Source: Deltaproteobacteria bacterium (GTDB lineage Bacteria > Desulfobacterota > Binatia > UBA1149 > CAITLU01). From it: 64,000 nucleotides of DNA. The DNA lies in the NCBI GenBank assembly GCA_016218925.1, contig JACRCR010000080.1, positions 2,730-66,729 on the forward strand, in the 5' to 3' direction. The notes beneath the pieces are model-generated. The model ran no database searches and was not told where the DNA came from. It worked only from the letters and a program-made list of their open reading frames with translations. This document shows, one piece after another, positions 9,658 through 18,798 of the stretch. The position numbers were made by a program, and so were the translations under genes. Numbering within the stretch: position 1 is the stretch's first letter; each line of letters begins with the position of its first letter.

Positions 9658-10819
9658 GGGCCCGTGTCAGGTCACGGGTGATGTTCTTCTGGTGGCTCTC
9701 CAGCGTGCCGCCTCCGATCTCGTTCAGCTTGGCGTCGCGCAAGAAGCGCTCGACCTTGTACTCGGTGGTGTAGCCGTAGCCGCCGAGCACCTGCACGGCA
9801 GCATCGGCCACTCGCTTGGCCATCGGCGCGGCAAACAGCTTGGCAGCGTCGGTCCCGAGCCGGTTGCGCTGTCCCGGTCCCACCTTTGCCGCTTCGCGAT
9901 AGATCAGGCATCGCGCCGCCTCGTAGTCGGAATACGCCTCGCCGATGTAACGCTGGATCTGCCCGAACTGCGCTATCGACTTGCCGAAGGCCTTGCGCTG
10001 CACGGCGTAGGCGACCATTTCCCGAAGACAGCGGTCGGCGATGCCCAGACTGATCGCGGCCACGCAAAGGCGTTCGATCTCCAGGTTGCGCATCATACAA
10101 GTTACGCCGCCGCCCTCCTCTCCGAGAAGGTTGGCCGCCGGCACCTGGCAGTCGTCGAAAATCAGTTCGCACATCGTCGAAGCCCGCATGCCCATCTTCT
10201 TGATCGGCTCCCCGGTGGAGAAGCCCGGGAAGCCCCGCTCCACTACGAAGGCGGTGATGCGCCCGTCCACCTTGGCGTAGGTGAGTACGCACGAGGCCTC
10301 GTACCCGTTGGTGATGAAGATCTTGCGGCCGTTCAGCACATATAGGTCGCCGCGGCGCTCGGCCGTGGTCGTCATCCCCAGAACGTCCGTACCCGCACCG
10401 GGCTCGGTCATCCCCATCGCGCCGATCCACTCTCCCGTCATCACTCTCGGCAGGATCCGCTCGCGCTGCTCGCGGCTGGAGGCGTGGTAGAAATTGTTCA
10501 CGAACAGCAGGCACTGCGCCGCGAATGCGATCGCGAACCCGGGGTCGCTCCTGGCCAGTTCGTGGTGCACGATCACGGCGGCTACCGCATCCATGCCGAT
10601 GCCGCCGTCTTCCTGTGGAACCGTCAGACCGAGGAGGCCCAGTTCGCCGCAGCGGCGCAGCAGCGCAGTATTGAGCGTCCCGCTGGCATCGTGGGCCTCG
10701 GCCTGGGGCTCGACCTCGGCGTCGGTGAAGCGCCGCACCGTCTCCCGCAGCATCGCGTGCTCGGGAGTGGGATCAAAAAGCAGCCGTTCGATCGAGGAGG
10801 CGGAGTTGCACGAATCCAT
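9647..10819 (-). CDS. acyl-CoA dehydrogenase
   Basis: GMTEPGAGTDVLGM, ...QVLGGYGYTTEYKVERFLRDAKLNEIGGGT. ATG at 10819. Confidence 0.85.
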   Translation of the reverse strand: MDSCNSASSIERLLFDPTPEHAMLRETVRRFTDAEVEPQAEAHDASGTLNTALLRRCGELGLLGLTVPQEDGGIGMDAVAAVIVHHELARSDPGFAIAFAAQCLLFVNNFYHASSREQRERILPRVMTGEWIGAMGMTEPGAGTDVLGMTTTAERRGDLYVLNGRKIFITNGYEASCVLTYAKVDGRITAFVVERGFPGFSTGEPIKKMGMRASTMCELIFDDCQVPAANLLGEEGGGVTCMMRNLEIERLCVAAISLGIADRCLREMVAYAVQRKAFGKSIAQFGQIQRYIGEAYSDYEAARCLIYREAAKVGPGQRNRLGTDAAKLFAAPMAKRVADAAVQVLGGYGYTTEYKVERFLRDAKLNEIGGGTLESHQKNITRDLTRALGA

Positions 10820-10870
10820 GGCCGCGCATACTGCGTCGCGCGCGCTGCTTAGTAAACGGACCGAGGGCGA

Positions 10871-11836
10871 TCAGCGTGGCCGCGAACTCTCCGCCCGACG
10901 CACGGTGACCACCTGACTCGGAGTGTCGGAACACGTCGGGGGCGAGTAGGTCACGCGTGAGTGCGGCGCCACCGACTCGGTCAGCCACACGTTGCCTCCG
11001 ATCACCGACCCTTTGCCAACCACGGTTTCGCCTCCGAGAATGGTCGCACCGGCGTAGATGGTGACGTCGTCCTCGATGGTCGGGTGACGTTTGCTGTTGC
11101 GGATCACGTCTCCGCACTGGTCGCGGGGGATCGACAGCGCCCCGAGCGTAACGCCCTGGTACATCTTGACTCGATCGCCGATGTCGCAGGTCGCACCGAT
11201 CACCACCCCGGTGCCGTGGTCGATGAAGAACGCCTTGCCGATCCGGGCGCCGGGATGAATGTCTATCCCCGTCTGCGTATGGGCGTGTTCGCTCATGATC
11301 CGCGGGATCATCGGAACGTTGCGGTGGTGGAACTGGTGCGCCACGCGATAGCAGGTGATCGCCTCGATGGCCGGGTAGCTGAAGACGATCTCCTCGATGC
11401 TCTCCGCCGCAGGATCGCCTTCGTAGGCCGCCTGGAGGTCGAGTTGAAGGTCGGCGCGCATGGCGGACAAGCCGCCGAGAACCTCGAGGACCACAGCCTC
11501 GCTCCATTGGATGTCCTGAGGCTCCGGGGCTCCGCCTCGCAGCCGGCGGTAGACCACCGCCCTCGCGATCTGCTCGACGAGCAGTTCGAAGGCTTCGTAG
11601 AGGTGCTCGCCGATGTAGTGCCTGAGGTTGGCTTCGTTGAGATCGCGCGTCGCGTAGAAGCCCATGTAGATCACGTGCTTCAGGTGCTCGAGGGCCTCGG
11701 TGACCTTGCGCTGGTTCGGCAGCGCCGCGCTCTCGAGACTGTCGATCCCGCGCCCGCCTCGATAACTGTCGGCCACCGACCCGACGATACGATCGAGTTC
11801 CTCGTGGCCATGCGCGCTGGTCGATGCTTTTCTCAT
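10871..11836 (-). CDS. cysE: serine O-acetyltransferase
   Basis: Left-handed beta-helix hexapeptide repeats (GIDIHPGARIGKAFFIDHGTGVVIGATCDIGDRVKMYQGVTLG) with an N-terminal SATase helical domain. ATG at 11836; an alternative GTG at 11848 is possible. Confidence 0.8.
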   Translation of the reverse strand: MRKASTSAHGHEELDRIVGSVADSYRGGRGIDSLESAALPNQRKVTEALEHLKHVIYMGFYATRDLNEANLRHYIGEHLYEAFELLVEQIARAVVYRRLRGGAPEPQDIQWSEAVVLEVLGGLSAMRADLQLDLQAAYEGDPAAESIEEIVFSYPAIEAITCYRVAHQFHHRNVPMIPRIMSEHAHTQTGIDIHPGARIGKAFFIDHGTGVVIGATCDIGDRVKMYQGVTLGALSIPRDQCGDVIRNSKRHPTIEDDVTIYAGATILGGETVVGKGSVIGGNVWLTESVAPHSRVTYSPPTCSDTPSQVVTVRRAESSRPR

Positions 11837-11913
11837 GGTGTTACACACTCACAGTCGGGTCCTGCGAGTATAGGCAGGCTCCGCCGACGTTGACAGCCTC
11901 ATCCGGTAGCGGA

Positions 11914-12420
11914 TCAGACGCGTTGCTGGCCGAGCCTGGCCAGCGCCGGCCCGTCTAGCCGATACGAGGTCCAGCCTCGCACCGGTGCGGCCGCCACCGA
12001 CTCGTACAGCGCGATCGCGCGTTGGTTCCAATCCAGTACGGACCATTCCAGTCGCCCGCACTCTCGTGCCACCGCCAGTCGCGCCAACTCACCGAGCAGG
12101 GCCCTCGCGACCCCGCGACGTCGCGCGTGCGGGACCACGTAGATGTCCTCGAGGAACAGGCCTGGCCGCGTGAGGAACGTGCTGTAGGTCGTGAAGAACA
12201 GCGCGTATCCAGCTCGGCGCCCTTCGGCCTCTGCGATCAGGAGTTCGGCGCAACGCAACGAACCGAACAGATGGTCGCGAAGCCGCTCGGCACTGCCGTG
12301 GAACTCGTGCGAGAGCGCCTCGAATTCTGCCAAGGCCCGGATCCCCTCGAAGACGAAGGGAACGTCGTCCACGCAGCCGGGGCGTACGCTCGTCGTCTCG
12401 TCACTCGTGTCCGGCCCCAC
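11914..12420 (-). CDS. GNAT family N-acetyltransferase
   Basis: Acetyl-CoA binding motif region (VVPHARRRGVARALLGELARLA). GTG start at 12420. It overlaps the stop of the upstream lipoprotein gene by ~20 nt. Confidence 0.65.
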   Translation of the reverse strand: MGPDTSDETTSVRPGCVDDVPFVFEGIRALAEFEALSHEFHGSAERLRDHLFGSLRCAELLIAEAEGRRAGYALFFTTYSTFLTRPGLFLEDIYVVPHARRRGVARALLGELARLAVARECGRLEWSVLDWNQRAIALYESVAAAPVRGWTSYRLDGPALARLGQQRV

Positions 12421-13402
12421 GCTGGGAGTCCTCCACGACGCGGAAGGTGACGCTCTCCGGATCCGCAGACTCCACGTGCAGGCGCAGACCGGCGACGTCT
12501 ATATCGTGCTGGGAACCCGGATACTGAAGCGTCTGCTCGAACATCAGATGGTCCGCCGTCTGCCTGGCGTACTCGCGATAGCTGAGAAAGATGTTGTCGC
12601 CTCGGGCGGTCGCGTGGCTGCCCATGTAAATCAGGTCGTAGTTCAGGTAGCCGGGTCCGCTCGCGGCGACGCTCTGCTGGTTCTCGAAGGTGAACAGCGG
12701 CGTTTCGCTATCGAGAGGGCTCTTGGGAATCTCTTCGACCAGCGGAACGCCGGCAGCGCTGTAACCCTTGGAATCGGTTCGGCGCCACGCCACATATCCG
12801 CCCAGACGCAGCCGTCCGTTGGGATCGACGAGAAGGTAGATGACTTCTTTGCTGTCGGTCACCGGCAGCGAAACCGCGAAGTAGTCGCCATCGGAGGTCG
12901 AGACCGCGCCTTGAACGTCGAACACGCTCGCCAGCCCCCCATGGACGTTGCTGAGCGGTGACTGCTTGCAGCGACCTGGCTCCTCACTGAACAGCCGCCC
13001 GCAGAGTTGCTCGAAGTCGCGCAACGCCGTTGCGCGTGCGACGCGTTCGTTCAGCGCGTAATTCTTGACGCTCAGCATCGGCTCACCCACGCGCGAGGTG
13101 TATGACTCGCCCACACGGTAGCTGCGGGTGAAGACATTGCTCGTCGTGGGCGCCAGCGGCCTGAGCCTCAGCGTCTCCGGCGCCGCCGGCGCCAGCGTCG
13201 CGCGAGCGGCGATGTCCTCGGCCAGAGACTTCGCGCCGGCGCAGCCCGAAAGCACCAAACCACAGACGATCAGGAGCCCGACACCGCCTCGATCGCGTCG
13301 CCGGTTCGTACGGTTCTGCGCTACGATCACCTTTCTCTCCTTTTCTTGTCCCCGACTCGCCCTCCGACGCGTCCACGGCTTTCGTCGGGGCAGATGGTTC
13401 AT
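12401..13402 (-). CDS. putative lipoprotein (signal peptide with lipobox LSGC)
   Basis: N-terminal basic region followed by GVGLLIVCGLVLSGCAG (lipobox). I recognise no domain in the mature part. The start is uncertain: ATG at 13402 or an internal GTG near 13330. Confidence 0.55.
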   Translation of the reverse strand: MNHLPRRKPWTRRRASRGQEKERKVIVAQNRTNRRRDRGGVGLLIVCGLVLSGCAGAKSLAEDIAARATLAPAAPETLRLRPLAPTTSNVFTRSYRVGESYTSRVGEPMLSVKNYALNERVARATALRDFEQLCGRLFSEEPGRCKQSPLSNVHGGLASVFDVQGAVSTSDGDYFAVSLPVTDSKEVIYLLVDPNGRLRLGGYVAWRRTDSKGYSAAGVPLVEEIPKSPLDSETPLFTFENQQSVAASGPGYLNYDLIYMGSHATARGDNIFLSYREYARQTADHLMFEQTLQYPGSQHDIDVAGLRLHVESADPESVTFRVVEDSQRGAGHE

Positions 13403-13425
13403 TTACCTTCTCGGCTCGCGCAAGG

Positions 13426-14016
13426 TCAATCCCCACGCGCCGCGGGAACGGCCGCCTCGCCTTCCGATCTCGTCGCGCCTCCTCGACGGCCGCGGATCCG
13501 CCGACCACGCGGCCTCGGCGCCGCACCCGAGGACGTTGGTCCCGACCACATCTCGCGGAGCGGAACAGCTATGAACAGCAGCGAAGTGACGAAGAAGGTA
13601 GTCCGACTCGCGTGCTCGAGCACCGCCCATCGCCCGGAGTGATAGACGATGAGGAAGGGGAGCACGATCTCCGCGACAAGCGACACGAAAGACGTCGCGA
13701 CAACGACAAGCTTTGCGCGGTCGCTCCACGAACTGAGAAAGAAGATGTGCCCGAGCACCAGGAAGAAGATCGGCATGGTGAAGAGATGGAAGTGCGCCGT
13801 CTCCAGCAACTCGAGGAAGGGCTTGCCACCCAGGCCGAGATCCTCCTGGCGATAATATTCGGCGACGGCACCCGCCGTCATACCGGACTTGGCCCACATG
13901 AATCCGAGGCACGAGAGCAGCCCGAGCAGGACCATCGACAGGAACAACGTATAGAAGAGACGGGCACCCAGCGGCAGTCGCGAAAGTTGATATTCGCGAG
14001 TAGCGAAAATCCTCAC
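13426..14016 (-). CDS. His-rich four-TM membrane protein (putative b-type cytochrome-like; possibly DUF4405-like)
   Basis: A GTG start at 14014-14016 overlaps the apbE stop (GTGA). Four predicted TM helices carry conserved-looking His residues (TAHFHLF, LGHIFF, IVYH). It is the last gene of the 17327->13426 operon. Confidence 0.6.
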   Translation of the reverse strand: MRIFATREYQLSRLPLGARLFYTLFLSMVLLGLLSCLGFMWAKSGMTAGAVAEYYRQEDLGLGGKPFLELLETAHFHLFTMPIFFLVLGHIFFLSSWSDRAKLVVVATSFVSLVAEIVLPFLIVYHSGRWAVLEHASRTTFFVTSLLFIAVPLREMWSGPTSSGAAPRPRGRRIRGRRGGATRSEGEAAVPAARGD

Positions 14017-15095
14017 TGACGTTTGTCTCCGCCGTTGCTCGGCGCCGAGCCGCCGGATCCCTCTACCTTGTCGTCCAGTCCTCGGCCGCCGCGGCGGGCC
14101 GGCTTCCACGACGCGAATTCCTCGAAGCGGGGTGTGCGTCGCTCGCCATGCTCGTCATAGACGATCGCCTCTACGTCGCGCGGCGCCGCCAGAATGTCGA
14201 GACCCCCGTCAGGGTCGACGATCAGCGCGGTGCTCCAGGCCTCGGCGATGGACGCGTCGATCGCCACAACCGTGGCTTGGCGGTCGACCTCGATCCAGCG
14301 ACCGCTGCGCGGGTCGACGATGTGCGGAGAGGTCTGGGCGCGCCCGTCATCACGGTGCAGACTTCGCGAGGTCGACACGGCACGGTCGCGCAGGAAAATC
14401 GATCCCGCCATGTCGTGGCCTCGGGGAACCCAGATTCTCCAGGGGGTTTCGCCTTGCGGCGGCCCGATCGCGAGCATCGAACTGGTCCCGAAATCGAGAA
14501 GGGCCTTGACGACGCCCGCCGCTCGCAAGAGCGCCGCCATGCGCTCGAGAGCGTAGCCTTTACCGATGGCCCCCAGATCCAGCTCCATACCCCGGCGGGG
14601 CAGCTCGACGCGGCCAGGAGCTTGCAGCGAGATCTTGTCGGACCCCACCAGCGCGAACGCTGCGTCCACCTCCGCGTCGCCGGGAGTGCGCCCCGTCGCG
14701 GCTGCATTGCGACGCAGATGGACCAGCGGCCCCACGGTGATATCGAAAGTCCCGCCGCTGGAACGAGTCAGCAGTTGGCATAGCGACAGAATCCGAAACA
14801 GGTCGAGAGGAACGGGGACCGCGCCCTCGCCTGCTCTATGGTTGACACGCGTCAGATCGCTGCTGTCGTCGTAGTCGCTGAATTCGCGCTCGAGTTGCCG
14901 CGCCACGGCGATCGCATCGGCGATGATGTCTTGTCCGCGTTCGCGGGTCGGTGCATCCAGCGTCACCTGCAGCAGCGTCCCCATGACGTAGTGCGACTCG
15001 CGCACTTCCTCGGCTCGACCTGTCGCGGCATGCATCGCGATCAGGATCAGACCGGCCATGGCAACGCAGACCGTTCGCACAACGCGATCCCGCAC
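14013..15095 (-). CDS. apbE: FAD:protein FMN transferase (flavin transferase ApbE), periplasmic
   Basis: The ApbE family fold is recognisable (…DLGAIGKGYALERM…, DASIAEAWSTAL). There is an N-terminal signal peptide. The GTG start directly follows the stop of the FMN-binding gene (TGAGTG). Confidence 0.8.
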   Translation of the reverse strand: MRDRVVRTVCVAMAGLILIAMHAATGRAEEVRESHYVMGTLLQVTLDAPTRERGQDIIADAIAVARQLEREFSDYDDSSDLTRVNHRAGEGAVPVPLDLFRILSLCQLLTRSSGGTFDITVGPLVHLRRNAAATGRTPGDAEVDAAFALVGSDKISLQAPGRVELPRRGMELDLGAIGKGYALERMAALLRAAGVVKALLDFGTSSMLAIGPPQGETPWRIWVPRGHDMAGSIFLRDRAVSTSRSLHRDDGRAQTSPHIVDPRSGRWIEVDRQATVVAIDASIAEAWSTALIVDPDGGLDILAAPRDVEAIVYDEHGERRTPRFEEFASWKPARRGGRGLDDKVEGSGGSAPSNGGDKRQ

Positions 15096-15719
15096 TCAGT
15101 GTCGCGCCGTGATCGGCGGGTTCATCGGGTCGTGGGCGCTTCGAACGTACTGCGCCACGGCCACGGCCTTCTTGACACCGCGGCCGATCGCGTAGGCCGA
15201 CAGCGTCGCGCCGGTGATATTTCGCACATCGCGCCCCGGGACCAGCCCGTCGGCGGCTTTCTTGCCTCGGTACTGGGACAGAAAACGGTCACTGCGTACC
15301 TCTCCGCCATATCCTTCACGATATACCATCATCGCGACCCCCGTTACCTTACCGTCCATACCGACTCCGACGACAAAGGTCATGTTGCGATGTTTGCCGA
15401 GTTCCTCGACCACGACGGCTTCGCCGAGCCGTTCGTCGCCCCTGTATGCGCTGATGATCGGATAGCTCCTCTCCCAGGCCGTCGGCGGCTGATCGGCCAT
15501 CGCGACGCTGACATGTTCTCGCAGCGCCTCGCTGGAAGGAAGTTCGTTGGCTTCGAACCTGGTAGCATCACGAAACACCGCGCGCGGCGCCTCCTCAATA
15601 CTCAAGTAGACGTCATCGGCGACGGCACGGGCGACCGGCCAAGCCGCTGCGGACCACGCCGAGGCCAGTACGACGAGGGCTAGGAGGCGATACCGCCTGC
15701 CTGGGTTCGGAAAAGCCAA
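15096..15719 (-). CDS. FMN-binding domain protein (NqrC/RnfG/NosR-type FMN_bind) with ApbE flavinylation motif
   Basis: Signal peptide present. The C-terminal FMN_bind domain contains the Dxx[ST]GA[ST] flavinylation site (GRDVRNITGATLSAY). TTG start at 15719 preceded by a GAGGGGA RBS. Confidence 0.7.
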   Translation of the reverse strand: MAFPNPGRRYRLLALVVLASAWSAAAWPVARAVADDVYLSIEEAPRAVFRDATRFEANELPSSEALREHVSVAMADQPPTAWERSYPIISAYRGDERLGEAVVVEELGKHRNMTFVVGVGMDGKVTGVAMMVYREGYGGEVRSDRFLSQYRGKKAADGLVPGRDVRNITGATLSAYAIGRGVKKAVAVAQYVRSAHDPMNPPITARH

Positions 15720-15728
15720 GCATTCCCC

Positions 15729-17327
15729 TCAGAAACCGAAGACGGTACCGAGCAGCACGGTGTGCGCATGGTCTTCATTCGTCGCCATGAAGTTCGTTAC
15801 GCGCTCCAACGAGCCGCGATCGACCTGCGTGTACTCGTAGGCCAGTTGCAGGGCGGCATTGGGCACCGGGCGGTAGGCGGCCCCGATCGTCCAACGATCC
15901 AGCCGATGGTCGGTGTCGGTGAGCGAAGTAATGGCGCCTCCGGAGAAATCCAGGCTGTCGATCAGGCCATCGATCCAGACCTGCTCGGCTCGCGCCACCA
16001 GCGTCAGCCGCGGGTCGGCGAAGCCGCGACCGAAAACGGAACCCGTCAGCCAGGCCGGGCGAAGATCGTAGCGCCCCTCGAGCCAGTACCCCTGCCGCCG
16101 CTCGGCGAGGCTGGCCAGTTCGAACTCGATCTCTGCCTCGAAGTCCGGGCTCGATGCACCCGGGATCGCCGAAGAGTGCTCGCCGACGACGCGCGCGAAG
16201 CCGCCAGCCACTCGATCGACGTCACCGAAGTCGGAAAACGCGTACTCGCCTTCGAGTTCCAGGTCGCCGAAGGTGGCAATGCCGTCGAGCGCAAAAGCCG
16301 CGATCGCCTCGTTCGGCATGTAGTCGGGCGTGTAGCGGCCATAGTAGAACGAACCGGCGATCTCGCTGCCGAGCCACGGACTGTACGCCAGACGACCGGC
16401 AACGGCCTTCGCGTCCTTGACGTCGTTGCCGAAGGTCCCCGACTTGGTCTTGAAGGACCCCTCCAACTCGAGCTTGTCGCGCGAGGGGTCGCGCGTTGCC
16501 AGCTTCTCCTCCACCGAAGGATCCAGGGTCACCCCGTTGACGACGTAGAGTTGATACTCGAGCGTCCCTTTCTCTCCGACTTCGAAGGTTCCGAGCCCGC
16601 CGACTCCCAGCTCGGCCCAGGCCGCGGGCGCAGGTAGCACGGGCGAACCCCGATCGATGAGCGGCCGGCGCGCGATATCCCAACGCTCATCGTTGTGGTT
16701 CTGGTTGAAGCGGCCGAGCGGAACCAGCACTCCACCGGCGCGCAGAGCAAGGGCGGCGTCCAGGTCGTATTCCACCCACATCTGCTCCATCGTGATCTCG
16801 GAGTCGCTGGTCCCATCCACCTCTTGCTCGATGCTGAGGCCGCCGTCTTCCACACTCGCGCTGCGCTCGAGTTCGAGCTTGCGGAAACGCTCGAACTCGA
16901 GCTCGAAGCTCGAGCGTATGCGCGACGCGACCGGCGCATCGGCAGTGAGGACGAAACGCCGGAACGTAAAGGTGTCGCTGACGTCGTCCGGGGAGCCGCC
17001 CTCGAAACGCAACGAGCCGTAGCCGCCGAGTTCGACCCCTTCGCTGCCCTGCGCGAGTGCACTTGGCGATGGGCCGCCGGGGGTCCCGCCCGTGTTCGAG
17101 ATCGGAGCACCGGTCCGCTCGGGAATCGCATCCTGGTCCGCTTGCTGCGGCGGGCGCTGGCGCTTCAGCTCATCCACCTCCGCGCGAAGCTCCTCTATCT
17201 GCTTCATCAGGAGTTGGACGGTTTCATCCGATACCTCAGCCCCGGCCACCGAGGGAACGAGCCACAGGGCAAAGGCGGCATGGATACACACAGCGGCACA
17301 TGAACGGGCGATGCGGGGGCACTTCAT
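15729..17327 (-). CDS. putative outer-membrane beta-barrel (porin-like) protein with N-terminal coiled coil
   Basis: A signal peptide (MKCPRIARSCAAVCIHAAFALWLVPSVAGA) is followed by a coiled-coil segment (VQLLMKQIEELRAEVDELKRQ). The remainder alternates amphipathic beta-strand patterns and ends in a C-terminal Phe (…LLGTVFGF), the OMP signature. GGAGA RBS. Confidence 0.55.
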   Translation of the reverse strand: MKCPRIARSCAAVCIHAAFALWLVPSVAGAEVSDETVQLLMKQIEELRAEVDELKRQRPPQQADQDAIPERTGAPISNTGGTPGGPSPSALAQGSEGVELGGYGSLRFEGGSPDDVSDTFTFRRFVLTADAPVASRIRSSFELEFERFRKLELERSASVEDGGLSIEQEVDGTSDSEITMEQMWVEYDLDAALALRAGGVLVPLGRFNQNHNDERWDIARRPLIDRGSPVLPAPAAWAELGVGGLGTFEVGEKGTLEYQLYVVNGVTLDPSVEEKLATRDPSRDKLELEGSFKTKSGTFGNDVKDAKAVAGRLAYSPWLGSEIAGSFYYGRYTPDYMPNEAIAAFALDGIATFGDLELEGEYAFSDFGDVDRVAGGFARVVGEHSSAIPGASSPDFEAEIEFELASLAERRQGYWLEGRYDLRPAWLTGSVFGRGFADPRLTLVARAEQVWIDGLIDSLDFSGGAITSLTDTDHRLDRWTIGAAYRPVPNAALQLAYEYTQVDRGSLERVTNFMATNEDHAHTVLLGTVFGF

Positions 17328-17440
17328 CTTTCATCTCCATTTCGGACGGACTTTGCTCGCCTCGTCCGATTTTGACTTCCATTGTCATAATGGAGCCGAA
17401 CCCGAGGGTCAAGCGGTAGCCCACGCGAACTCCGGACGGC

Positions 17441-18199
17441 CTAGTCGAAACCCGGGCCGCCCAGCGCGGTCGCCCGGCGGTGCGCCTCTACCAAGGTGGG
17501 GTTGTAGAAAAGGAAGGACAGAACAATCCCGGCAAGAAACCCGCCCGCATGGGCCCAGAAGGCCACTCCCCCACCCGATGCCCCGAGGGCGGGGATGCCG
17601 CCGAGCACCTGGAGCAGGAACCAGTAGCCCAGCACGAGGTAAGCCGGCACGTCGACTCGCGTAACGTAAAAACCGAGCGCGACGAGCATGTTGACGTTGG
17701 CGCGCGGGTAAAGGGCCGCGTAGGCACCCATCACGCCGCCGATCGCTCCCGAAGCGCCGACCATCGGGATCGGACTCGACGGGTCGGCGCCGGCCTGCGC
17801 CGCAGCGGCACCCAGCCCGCAGAGTAGATAGAACGCCACGAAGCGGGCACGCCCCATCGAGTCCTCGACGTTGTTCCCGAACACCCACAGGAACCACATG
17901 TTGCCGAGAACGTGGAACCAGCCCCCATGCAGGAACATCGACGTCAGCGGAGTCAGCCACGTCGCCGAAGCATGGTGGATGACGCACGCTGTGGCCGGAC
18001 CCAACGGAACGCGCAGCCCTTCAGGTGCGAGACCAAAGAGTTCCCCGGGAATGAAGCCGAGTTCGCAAACCGAGCGGCTCAGCCGAGGTTCGTAGCCGAC
18101 TCCTTGCACGAGCACCCACGCCAGGACATTGGCAAGAACGATGGCGATCGTGATTACTGGTGTGGCCAGCGTCGGGTTGTCGTCACGAAGAGGAAACAC
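17441..18199 (-). CDS. rhomboid family intramembrane serine protease
   Basis: Contains the GASGAIGG catalytic serine motif and the conserved His helix (AHAGGFLAG). Six to seven TM segments. GTG start. Confidence 0.8.
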   Translation of the reverse strand: MFPLRDDNPTLATPVITIAIVLANVLAWVLVQGVGYEPRLSRSVCELGFIPGELFGLAPEGLRVPLGPATACVIHHASATWLTPLTSMFLHGGWFHVLGNMWFLWVFGNNVEDSMGRARFVAFYLLCGLGAAAAQAGADPSSPIPMVGASGAIGGVMGAYAALYPRANVNMLVALGFYVTRVDVPAYLVLGYWFLLQVLGGIPALGASGGGVAFWAHAGGFLAGIVLSFLFYNPTLVEAHRRATALGGPGFD

Positions 18200-18253
18200 G
18201 TCCGGCGAATCCTAGTCGCGCAACGTCTCCCGGTCGAGCATGGGGGTTGCCAC

Positions 18254-18733
18254 ATGATCCAGATAACGGCAGTCGACCACATCTACCTGGCGGTCTCCGA
18301 CCTTCCGCGGTCCGAACGCTTCTACGATCGGGTCTTTCGACTCTTCGATTTCCGCAAGGGCACCGCACCCATCGGCGGCGAACGGCATGCCCACTACTTC
18401 AACCGGATCACGCAATACACGATCCGACAGGCGCGCACGCCAGGAGCGCACGACCCCTACCGGGTCGGCGGCCTTCACCATCTGTGCTTCCGTGTTCCCG
18501 CCCGCCGCGACGTCGACCAAGCCTACGAAGGACTGACAAAGCTCGGCATCGCGGCCAGTGCTCCGAGGTTGTTCCCGGAATACGCCGAGGACTACTACGC
18601 CACTTTCTTCGAAGATCCCGATGGCGTGCGGCTCGAGGTAGTAGCCGAACGGCGCCTCAGAACTCTGCTCCGTGAACGCTGGGAAGAACTGACCGAGTTC
18701 GAAGACCCGGTGCGCAAGAGCGGCATCGCCTGA
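18254..18733 (+). CDS. VOC family protein (glyoxalase/bleomycin resistance/dioxygenase fold)
   Basis: MIQITAVDHIYLAVSDLPRSERFYDRVF… has a typical VOC N-terminus. The start is set at the ATG at 18254; the ORF-track 5' extension was rejected. Confidence 0.7.
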   Translation: MIQITAVDHIYLAVSDLPRSERFYDRVFRLFDFRKGTAPIGGERHAHYFNRITQYTIRQARTPGAHDPYRVGGLHHLCFRVPARRDVDQAYEGLTKLGIAASAPRLFPEYAEDYYATFFEDPDGVRLEVVAERRLRTLLRERWEELTEFEDPVRKSGIA

Positions 18734-18798
18734 ACGACAATCGTCAACGCCGAAACACCGCCGGTAACGCACGCAATGCGATCCGCCGCGGCGTGTCT

